Below, in pieces: positions 29,001 to 36,292 of a stretch of 64,000 bases of DNA (positions within the stretch are counted from its first letter, which is position 1; each line of letters begins with the position of its first letter). Below the pieces are notes generated by a model. That model did not search any database, was not told the DNA's origin, and saw only the letters and a program-made list of their open reading frames with translations. The stretch is from a bacterium (GTDB lineage Bacteria > Patescibacteriota > UBA1384 > VFKW01), in NCBI GenBank assembly GCA_030647355.1, contig JAUSIS010000006.1, forward strand, positions 90,221-154,220, given 5' to 3'. Position numbers and translations under genes: made by a program.

Positions 29001-29127
29001 GCATGGCGAGAATCTGCGTTTTGCCGGTGCCGGGTCCGGCAATTACCATAACTGGGCCTTCGATATTGTCTACCGCTTCTTTTTGTTGGGGGTTTAATTT
29101 GTCGTATTCTTGTTGAAATTTATTCAT
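26026..29127 (-). CDS. UvrD/PcrA SF1 helicase fused to PD-(D/E)XK nuclease
   Basis: AGPGTGKT, VDEYQD, VGDDEQSIYRFQGA, TAHKAKGLEF; C-terminal GIIDKI..IVDYKT with Cys residues. Confidence 0.92.
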   Translation of the reverse strand: MNKFQQEYDKLNPQQKEAVDNIEGPVMVIAGPGTGKTQILAMRIANILRQTQINPSNILCLTFTNSGVHAMKQRLLEIIGPASYQVHVHTFHQFCNEIIELFPEKFLIANQLNQLSDLEQIQLIQKILINNNFSKIKPFKSPYHYQNSIRHAINTLKQEDISPKDFENHIKNELDAFYKIEDLYHRTKPRQTSASAVPPLPEEGERMKSKYRDLKDQLEKNAELGKIYQKYQAYITEKGLYDYADMILFIVNAFREDSELLAHFQEKFQYILVDEYQDTNSAQNEIIELLGNFYEIPNIFAVGDDEQSIYRFQGASMENILFFTKKYPDTKIVILEHNYRSGQKILDASRALIKNNQNQIYNHFNISKNLKSQLKNITSDIHLGGFSNGSIENFFIAKEIQKLIKQGMAPSEIAVLYKEHRDAEELIDFLSKLDIPYKLEIGDNVIEDPEIGKILKYIQALELNGQESEMLVEIMHYPFLGISPLDIWKVIIKSRKEKTGIFNIITHPEKYNLELEIPEAIKEFVSNFLECRKFAYSNNFATSFEFIINKTGYLQYLISLKDNVRHFNRLQSLFEYIKQLNVKQKNLNLKTFLEHIALLRENNLPIKERELTAEYEGVNLMTAHKAKGLEFSYVFIMKATDKHWGNKTKKELIKLPSTLIKITRTSSEEGDEEERRLFYVALTRTKRSIYITYALSYGEAENQMFTIPSKFIGELPERYLKKINTKPFEKSFDERLKLTFGSKKWEYTQAMHDFLKKLVEDFKLNPTALNSYLDCPQQFLYDNILRVPKAKDFSQCYGTAIHRALEHFFRDYIKTLELPPKENLLKWLKDSLQYEIWDDKDQARALQNGAEILSSYYDFYTPIWKKQGRPLTCEMNFSSRNIHFGEIPITGIIDKIELMDKNAGLVRIVDYKTAAPKSLNFLMGKTKEQDTKYLYQAYFYKLLAESDPSFQWKIGEIAFDFVAPEKGKFKQVTIPVEQKDYDEFKKIVKEVYNNITKLNFPHNSQTCKKREGDCPYYPICHTNQNEQLRGKNA

Positions 29128-29257
29128 ATATTTTTTTGGAAATTATTTAATTGGGGTGATTTCTGGATTTATTGTAGCTTTTTAATTGAAAAATCTCAAA
29201 TCAGACCTTTCGATCTTACAAAGCTTTTATATATAGGACGGATAATCTTTAGGGAGA

Positions 29258-30373
29258 TTAGATAGGAACTTCGGTACTTTCTTCTTTAGCGGATTCTAGT
29301 TCTAGTAAATTAATGGTTGGCAAGGCGGCACCGGCAATACCTTGAATCTGGCCATACATTTTAGCGGTGTTTTCTGCTAATCGCATGATTTGTGTTTCCC
29401 GCTGTGCCCAGTTCTTTACCATTGCGCGTTTCTCACTATCCAGGCATTGTTTCATGTTGTCAAAAGTTTCAACCAGTGCTTGTATTTTTTGGGCAAAACT
29501 GTTGGAGGTCAGATAATTGTAGACTTCTTCCATTTTCTGATCTTTGCCAGTTTCGGCGGTGGTGGCTGACGATACAGCAATTAATTGGCTGCGCATAATG
29601 GAAGCAACTCCCAGGAGGAGCGAATAGTTGCATACCCAAATTCCTTTATAATTTCCGAAGTTCGATATCTCTTTAGGGAGGGTGTCAGACAGGAGAATTG
29701 AGAGGTCGGCGTGGATAGAGCGGGAGTCGTCCTTTAGTTTTTGTACCCATTCTTCAGTCCAGTTTTTTGTGCGTTTGGTTTCCCAAGCAATTTTTCCGGC
29801 TGGTTGATTGGATGGTCCATAGACTATCTGAATAATATCAGCTCCGCTGATTCCTTTGGGTACAGGTTCGATTTTGTCTAAGGGGAAGTTTTGTTTAAGA
29901 GTATCTTCTATGTTGAGTTCCAATACTTCGCCTTGAGTTTGCATTGAGCCCTGATGAGCTTTGCGCTCAGCTTCTCGAACAGCTTTTTGAGTATCTTCCA
30001 GCTTTTTTTGCATTTCTTGGATTTGAATTTCATATTTGAATTGGATGTCTTTTTCCATTTTTTCCAAAATAAGTTTGCGTTCCTCTTGGATTTTACGAGC
30101 AGTTTCCAGTTCTTGAATTTTTAACTTATCTTCGAGCTCAGTTTGTTTTTTAATGGAGTCGAGTTCTTTTTTGCGGGAATCTTCTAATTTCTCTTGGATG
30201 GTTTTGAGGGTTTGCGATTGCTCTTTTTCCATTTCGGATTTGAGTTCAGTATGTAAGCGTGGTCGTTCCTCTTCTAGTGATTTTTGGACTTTAAGATTAA
30301 CCATTTTTTGAACAATGGCTTCATCCACAGTAACTTCGCTGCCGCATTTTGGGCATTTGATTTCGTTTGCCAT
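29258..30373 (-). CDS. DUF2130-family coiled-coil protein with nuclease-like C-terminus
   Basis: IKCPKCG, GSMQTQGEVLE, VPKGISGAD, WETKRTKNW. Confidence 0.85.
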   Translation of the reverse strand: MANEIKCPKCGSEVTVDEAIVQKMVNLKVQKSLEEERPRLHTELKSEMEKEQSQTLKTIQEKLEDSRKKELDSIKKQTELEDKLKIQELETARKIQEERKLILEKMEKDIQFKYEIQIQEMQKKLEDTQKAVREAERKAHQGSMQTQGEVLELNIEDTLKQNFPLDKIEPVPKGISGADIIQIVYGPSNQPAGKIAWETKRTKNWTEEWVQKLKDDSRSIHADLSILLSDTLPKEISNFGNYKGIWVCNYSLLLGVASIMRSQLIAVSSATTAETGKDQKMEEVYNYLTSNSFAQKIQALVETFDNMKQCLDSEKRAMVKNWAQRETQIMRLAENTAKMYGQIQGIAGAALPTINLLELESAKEESTEVPI

Positions 30374-30559
30374 AATTTCCTTCCGTGAAGTCATTATAGC
30401 AAGCTTTCGCATATGAGAAAAGAGGGACTATACAAAATTCTAAGAAAAATTTGAATATGTCCATCCTTCTATTCAATCTCTTACAGTATTCTGATTGCAG
30501 AAATCTGTAAATAGATTTCATAGTGGAGGATTATGCAAAATGTATAGTTAAAATTTGTG

Positions 30560-30677
30560 CATAGCAAAACCGGGAGACAATATCCTGCTCAGGTATAGGC
30601 AAGGAGGGGAAAACCTATATCTGAGGCAGGGTACTGCCTCCCGGTATGCATAATTAAAAGGTACAAGATATTATCGT
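30560..30677 (-). ncRNA. Candidate sRNA: long hairpin with anti-SD loop
   Basis: Perfect TTGACA-17-TATAAT (30712-30684); rod 30569-30645; loop UUUUCCCCUCCUUG; UUUU after the stem. Confidence 0.6.
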
Positions 30678-30803
30678 AATAAAATTATATCATATAAGTC
30701 ATAATTTGTCAATACCTGTTGCAACCAAGTAAGAATTTAAGAAAGTGCTCCCGCACCAGGGGCTTTGATACCAACCTGGTGCAGGAAAATGGGAATGTGG
30801 ATG

Positions 30804-31154
30804 TTATGCGGCGACCTTGGAGGTTGCGAGTGAGCCGAGAGGAGGTAGTGTCTCCGCACGTTTCGTTCTCGCCTCGTGCTCCTCTAGGAGGGGTCGCACG
30901 ATATCCTCAAGCTCAGACCACAGTCGTCCTCCGTCTTCACATGCCTTCCGATATGCCAGGACTCTACTACTTACTCCAAGCTTGGTGTAGGCAATACCGA
31001 TGTAACCATCAATAGTGCGTTTTGAGTAGCAGGAAACCTGAGCGGCTTCCTTGGCGCTTAGTCCCGACAGGACCAAGCCCAGGGCGATCTTCTCGCCTTC
31101 ATTCAAAGGATCACCGAACTCTGGTTTGGGCCTCTTGCCTTCTTCTTTGATCAT
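30804..31154 (-). CDS. Stand-alone LuxR-type HTH regulator
   Basis: PL..GE..ALGLV.SGLS.KEAA...SKRTI..Y....YTKLGVSSR. Confidence 0.8.
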   Translation of the reverse strand: MIKEEGKRPKPEFGDPLNEGEKIALGLVLSGLSAKEAAQVSCYSKRTIDGYIGIAYTKLGVSSRVLAYRKACEDGGRLWSELEDIVRPLLEEHEARTKRAETLPPLGSLATSKVAA

Positions 31155-31253
31155 CCTTACCCCCTGTTTAGACTAGCGTCTAGAAAACGGACGCAATATT
31201 AAAATTTTACTCTAGTTGAGCGTGTTTGTCAATACTATTAATCAGTTGAGAGA

Positions 31254-32687
31254 TTAATCTCCTACTTGGGTATCGGTTTGTTTGAGTTCTTTGCCCTTAG
31301 CTTCTTCGCTTAGGCGGATGTGAACATCTTTGAGTTGTTGTTGGGAAACTTGAGAAGGGGCGCCCATCATCAAATCTCTGGCGTCGCCATTTTTGGGGAA
31401 AGCGATAACTTCACGAATTACATCCTCGCCGGATAAAATTGCGCAGATGCGATCAATGCCGGGGGCAATACCTCCATGAGGTGGTGCACCATATTCAAAG
31501 GCTTCTAGCATGTGGCCGAAGCGGCGCTTCTTTTCTTCGTCAGAAACCCCTAGTAGTTTGAAAATTTTGTCTTGTAATTCGTGCTGGTGAATTCTGATGG
31601 AGCCGCTGGCAATTTCGTAGCCATTCAATACTAAGTCATAACAATAAGCGTTCACTTTAGTCGGATCGCTTTCAAGTTTATCCATATCTTCCGCTTTTGG
31701 CATGGTGAATGGATGATGAGAGCTGACAAGCTTTTTTTCCGTTTGGGAATATTTGAAAAGTGGAAAATCAATTATCCATGAGAATGCTAGTTCGTCTTTA
31801 TTTTCTTTATCTTTTCGCAAGTCGGGTTTATCATTTTTGTATTTTTCCATTGATTCGGCGTATGAAATGCGAGGGAAAGGAATTTTTGCGATTTTCTTTT
31901 CAGGGCATAACTTCTTGACCATCTCAATCATCATCGGTTCAATCAGGTCGAATATGCCTTCTTGTTTTATAAAACTCATTTCCAAGTCTAGCTGGGTGAA
32001 TTCGGATTGTCTGTCCCCTCTCTGGTCTTCGTCTCGGAAACAACGGGCAATTTGAAAGTAACGTTCTATGCCGCCGACCATTAGCAGTTGCTTGAATTGT
32101 TGAGGGCTTTGTGGTAAGACATAAAATTCACCAGGATAAAGGCGGGCAGGAACAATATATTCTCTGGCTCCTTCTGGTGTAGATTTTGTTAGATAGGGTG
32201 TTTCGATTTCCCGAAAATCTTCTTTGTATAAATATTCACGGATGAATTTGACGACGTTGTGGCGTAGTGTAATATTGTTTGACATGCGTTCTGTGCGCAG
32301 GTCCAGATAGCGATATTTTAATCTTAATTCTTCGTCAATTCCTTTGGTGTCTTTGTCGATTTCAAACGGAGGAGTTTTAGAGGTATTGAGGATCTCCAAT
32401 TCGGCGGCTTCCATCTCGACTTTGCCAGTGGGTAGATTGGGATTTACTAGCTTTTCTGGCCGAGCTTTAACGGTGCCGGTAATTTCAACTACCCACTCAG
32501 GCCGAAGATCTTTTATTTTTTCGTATGCTTTGGAGCCGGGAACAATAACAATTTGAAGGACGCCACTTCTATCTCTTAGATCGATAAAAACAATTTTGCC
32601 GTGATCGCGTCTGTTATTTACCCAGCCGCTGACTGTTACTTCTTTGCCAATATTTTTGGTGGTCTCGGCGATCATTGTTCTTTTCAT
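31254..32687 (-). CDS. aspS: Aspartyl-tRNA synthetase (short, lacks GAD domain)
   Basis: RRDHG..FIDLRD, LPQSPQ.FKQ, CFRDED, HHPFT, PPHGGIA.G.DR. Confidence 0.97.
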   Translation of the reverse strand: MKRTMIAETTKNIGKEVTVSGWVNNRRDHGKIVFIDLRDRSGVLQIVIVPGSKAYEKIKDLRPEWVVEITGTVKARPEKLVNPNLPTGKVEMEAAELEILNTSKTPPFEIDKDTKGIDEELRLKYRYLDLRTERMSNNITLRHNVVKFIREYLYKEDFREIETPYLTKSTPEGAREYIVPARLYPGEFYVLPQSPQQFKQLLMVGGIERYFQIARCFRDEDQRGDRQSEFTQLDLEMSFIKQEGIFDLIEPMMIEMVKKLCPEKKIAKIPFPRISYAESMEKYKNDKPDLRKDKENKDELAFSWIIDFPLFKYSQTEKKLVSSHHPFTMPKAEDMDKLESDPTKVNAYCYDLVLNGYEIASGSIRIHQHELQDKIFKLLGVSDEEKKRRFGHMLEAFEYGAPPHGGIAPGIDRICAILSGEDVIREVIAFPKNGDARDLMMGAPSQVSQQQLKDVHIRLSEEAKGKELKQTDTQVGD

Positions 32688-32738
32688 GAGAACCTCACTT
32701 AATAATTATTTTAATAATACTTCAGATTGAAGCTTTTT

Positions 32739-33899
32739 TCAATTGCCTGAAGACTTTTTAATCAGCTCGGCGTAGATTTGGGCGCTGGGACGGGGTTTGC
32801 GGTCGATTGTGTGGAGGCCGAATTTCATTGTGTAGCCGGAGGCCCACTCGAAATTGTCCAATAGTGACCAGTGAAAGTAACCTTTAATTGGGAGATTATC
32901 AGCGATGGCTTTTTGCAGCCAGTCGAAAGTGTCTTTAAGAAATTGCGGCCGAAGTCTGTCTTTGGCATCGGCAAGACCATTCTCGGTGATGTAGATGGGT
33001 TTGCCCCATTTTGTGCATTCTTCGATGGTTTCATAGATTCCTTCAGGATGAACGTGCCAGCCATAATCGTTTTGGACAGAATTATCCTTAACAACTATAG
33101 GATTCTTGGCTTGGAGGGTGGTTTTTAGATAGTAATTGAGTCCAATAAAGTCGCTTTTTTTAGCCATTCTTTTCAGCATGGCATTGTAGAAGAATAATCG
33201 AGCGAGATAACATAATGATCTGTCTAATATATTATTTTTGTACGGTTTGAAAACCATTGTGGAGACAACGGGTCCAATGGGCGTTTGGGGCGAGACTGAT
33301 TTGATAGCGTTGTAAACGAGGTTGTGGGCCTTGATGAAATTGGACCAGGATTTCAAAGCTTTGATTTTATTTTTTTCACCAGGGCACCAACTGCCTTCGA
33401 TATATCCTTTTTGTACATAGACGTTTGGCTCGTTTAGAGTTGCCCAGAAATCTATTGATCCTTTATATTCTTCAGCCATTTTTTGGCAGAAGCGGACGAA
33501 GTATTTGATATTGTCTTTGCTAGCAAAGCCGTCTTTTTTTGCAACCCATTGAGGCAGAGTAAAATGAAAAAGAGTCACCATAATTTTAATATTATTTTTT
33601 TTGAGTAGTTCAAATTGTTTACGACAGTGATTTATTGCTTTTTTGTTAAACATGCCTTCTTCCGGTTCAATTTTTGCCCATTCGATAGACATGCGGTAAG
33701 CGTTTTGGTTGGTATTTAATAGTAATTTAATGTCTTCATTGTATTTATTCCAGCTGTCGCAGGCAATAAGCGAAGTTGAGCCACCTCGAATATGGCCCGG
33801 GATTTGTTCCCAAGCATACCAGTCGCTATTTATATTGCCACCTTCGATTTGGTGGGCGGAAGTGGCGGAGCCGAAAAGAAAATTTTCTGGAAAAGCCAT
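32739..33899 (-). CDS. Glycoside hydrolase family 1 (beta-glucosidase)
   Basis: FGSATSAHQIEG, TLNEP, ITENG, DNFEWASG. Confidence 0.95.
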   Translation of the reverse strand: MAFPENFLFGSATSAHQIEGGNINSDWYAWEQIPGHIRGGSTSLIACDSWNKYNEDIKLLLNTNQNAYRMSIEWAKIEPEEGMFNKKAINHCRKQFELLKKNNIKIMVTLFHFTLPQWVAKKDGFASKDNIKYFVRFCQKMAEEYKGSIDFWATLNEPNVYVQKGYIEGSWCPGEKNKIKALKSWSNFIKAHNLVYNAIKSVSPQTPIGPVVSTMVFKPYKNNILDRSLCYLARLFFYNAMLKRMAKKSDFIGLNYYLKTTLQAKNPIVVKDNSVQNDYGWHVHPEGIYETIEECTKWGKPIYITENGLADAKDRLRPQFLKDTFDWLQKAIADNLPIKGYFHWSLLDNFEWASGYTMKFGLHTIDRKPRPSAQIYAELIKKSSGN

Positions 33900-33950
33900 C
33901 TAAACCTCAAAATTAAATTTATTATTGACCTTTTTCGTTAATGCCCAGTC

Positions 33951-33979
33951 TTGACAATTATATAGTATAAATGTATATT
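33951..33979 (+). promoter_or_regulatory. Sigma70-type promoter for the large ncRNA candidate
   Basis: TTGACA-17 nt-TATATT. Confidence 0.75.
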
Positions 33980-33985
33980 AATACC

Positions 33986-34748
33986 ATAATGATTACTATG
34001 TAAGCCCTTGGATGGTTTTTCCAGATGGTTTGCGTAGCAATCACCTTCACAATTACTATCCCCAGTTCCACATTCTGACGTCCCTAGAGGACGCGGACAG
34101 CAAAGGAGGGCTGGAATCGGTGAATGCTTCCGACGTTACGCCGAAGAATCGGTGAGGGGATGTTGACGCTGGGCAGTTAGGCCAGCCAGTCCCTTAGTCA
34201 TGTCGTGGTCTGAACGTGCAGCATGGGCTGTGAGACCAGTTCCTGAACGGGAGTGCGACTTGGGATCAGGGACTCACTGGAACCATGGAGGGTACGGGTC
34301 GGATGCTTTACAACCATTCCCTGAGTTTCAGTAAGAGTTGACGCTACTACTCGAGCCACTGTAGCAGGTAGCGGGATCGCGCAAGCGATTTTTGGGCACC
34401 AAACAGGGCGAAAAGAATAACGCGTTTTTCACTTGGATTCGGAGAACAAGCTTTAGGCTCCTTTAGCCGGTGGCGATGCTTTACTGCTGTAATGGCAGTA
34501 TCGACACTCGCTGTGAGCCACATTGTGCGGATGCACTTATACTTGACTCGGGATCGAGTGAACCTGGTGATGGCGCGGCCCGTCGTTATGAAACGGGCCG
34601 CGCCCTAGGGATCCATTTTCGTGGGTGATCGCAGAGGTGGTGAGAATCCTCTGCACAGGATTACCCTGCCGGGCAAGCTCTCGCGTTTTACAACGAGAGC
34701 CCCCGGCTACCCTATTTATTAGATGAGTTCGAGAGTAGCTCTTTTTTT
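33986..34748 (+). ncRNA. Candidate giant structured ncRNA (~760 nt; ROOL/GOLLD size class)
   Basis: GC-rich, no + strand ORF of 60 aa or more, more than 15 helices including long-range pairs and a GCAA tetraloop; promoter and U-tract terminator. Confidence 0.75.
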
Positions 34749-34800
34749 GTATCCAAAAATCCTGCAAGTGCAGGGTTCTCGGATACTTATTTTTGGTTTA

Positions 34801-35073
34801 TTACAATGCGGCGTTGATTGCTTCGACGATATTGGCTTTTGGCTGGGCGCCAACGAGTTGATTAATCACTTTATCATCTTTCAAGATCAAAATGGTTGGG
34901 ATGCTCATGACATTGTGTTTACTGGCTTCTTCTTGATTTTCATCAATGTCATATTTGTGTAGGGCAATTTTTCCTTTATATTCTTCTTCAATTTCCTCAA
35001 TGATGGGTTTCATCATGCGGCATGGTCCGCACCAACTGGCAAAGAAATCTAGTAGTTTGACATTAGGCGTCAT
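34801..35073 (-). CDS. trxA: Thioredoxin
   Basis: WCGPC, SIPT. Confidence 0.95.
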   Translation of the reverse strand: MTPNVKLLDFFASWCGPCRMMKPIIEEIEEEYKGKIALHKYDIDENQEEASKHNVMSIPTILILKDDKVINQLVGAQPKANIVEAINAAL

Positions 35074-35654
35074 AAGTCCCTCCTATGATTAATGGTGGTT
35101 ACGTTATTGATATGTAAAATGTTGGGTTTCCTGGCGAAAAATACATTTTCAACAAAGGCATAAATGCCGAAGAAGGCAGTGGTGTAAACAAGATCGCCGA
35201 GAAGGGTGTTACGATAAAAAGGAATAGCTAGGGTGAAGCACGATGCGAGTCCGGTGAGGGTGTGGGGATACATGCCTGATTGTAGCCAAACGCCGAAATT
35301 AGTGATGATGAAGAAGATTAATGAACCAGAAAGAGAGAGAGCGAAAATGTTTCGGAATTTAATATTATTTTTTAGATAAACACCCAATAGGGCAACTATT
35401 AAAAAGCTAGTATAAACATAGGGCATAATAATATGGAAGCCGAGGAAAATGTCACTTATTAGCATGGCGGCAAGAGGGATGATGATGGCATTTCGTCTGG
35501 AAAGATAGGCGCCGGAAAATAATGCCAAAGCGCTGATTGGCGCGAAATTAGCGGGATGTGGTAGTAAGCGCGCGACTACGCCGATTGCGATAAGACCGTA
35601 AATTATATAGTAATTTGGGGTTTTTTCGTTAAGTCGGGATGGTAGTTTGGGCAT
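35070..35654 (-). CDS. DUF6580-like membrane protein (putative S-component transporter)
   Basis: RLLPHPANFAPI, FFIITNFGVW, AIPFYRNTL.GD; about 6 TM. Confidence 0.75.
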   Translation of the reverse strand: MPKLPSRLNEKTPNYYIIYGLIAIGVVARLLPHPANFAPISALALFSGAYLSRRNAIIIPLAAMLISDIFLGFHIIMPYVYTSFLIVALLGVYLKNNIKFRNIFALSLSGSLIFFIITNFGVWLQSGMYPHTLTGLASCFTLAIPFYRNTLLGDLVYTTAFFGIYAFVENVFFARKPNILHINNVTTINHRRDL

Positions 35655-35740
35655 TTATTCTCCAATTCTTTGCGACTTTGTTATTAAATCAAAATAAGTA
35701 ATTTTTAGCAATTGTGGATAAACTTTTTAATTTTTTTACT

Positions 35741-36292
35741 TCAGTAATCTATGCCTTTGCGGGCTTGTATACCCTTTTGGTAAGGGTGTTTGGTTTCCTT
35801 CATTTCGGTGACTAGATCCGCAAGCTTGATAAGCTCTCTGGGTGCTTGGCGTCCTGTGACGACTATCTCCATTTTGGGTGGTTTGTTTTTTAAAGTTTTG
35901 ACAATTTCTTTAATATCTAATAGTTCAAAATATAGAGCTGGATTCAATTCGTCTAAAATTAAAACATCGGGTTTTTCTTCTTCAATAATCCTTTGAGTGT
36001 ATTGCCAGCCCTTTTTAGAGCATTCTTTGAATTTGTCTAAGTAGGGATTTTTTGTTTTGCCGTTTACGTCTTTTTCCAACCAGCCGTATTTTTTGTGATC
36101 GAGTCCAAAGCGTTTGTATTGGATTTTTGGATTTTGGTGAATAGTTTTTTGGTCGTAGTTTCCTTTGAGGAATTGGATAATTACTACATTTAGGTTGCTA
36201 GCAATTGCTCGGTTGGCTAAACCAATAGCGGCGGTGGTTTTGCCTTTACCGTTACCGGTGTAGATTTGAATTAGTCCTTGTTTTAGTTTCAT
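35741..36292 (-). CDS. cobO: Cob(I)alamin adenosyltransferase (CobO/BtuR type)
   Basis: YTGNGKGKTTAA, QFLKG, LDE, TGR, KHPY..G..ARKGIDY; TAATG coupling to nrdJ. Confidence 0.93.
   Translation of the reverse strand: MKLKQGLIQIYTGNGKGKTTAAIGLANRAIASNLNVVIIQFLKGNYDQKTIHQNPKIQYKRFGLDHKKYGWLEKDVNGKTKNPYLDKFKECSKKGWQYTQRIIEEEKPDVLILDELNPALYFELLDIKEIVKTLKNKPPKMEIVVTGRQAPRELIKLADLVTEMKETKHPYQKGIQARKGIDY

Noticed and set aside
30569-30645. SRP (4.5S) or 6S RNA
   Set aside because: Lacks the GGAA tetraloop with CAGG/AGCA internal loop of SRP; too short and without the central bubble of 6S.
33986-34748. Cobalamin riboswitch, group I/II intron, tmRNA or RNase P as identity of the large RNA
   Set aside because: It lies downstream of and antisense to the B12 operon, with only an isolated GCCACTG. 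I found no convincing domain V, P7 elements, tRNA-like ends with tag frame, or GAGGAAAGUCC. A formal scan is still needed.
34537-34767. 76-aa minus-strand ORF over the RNA 3' end
   Set aside because: No RBS, no recognisable motif, and it overlaps dense hairpins; likely a chance frame.
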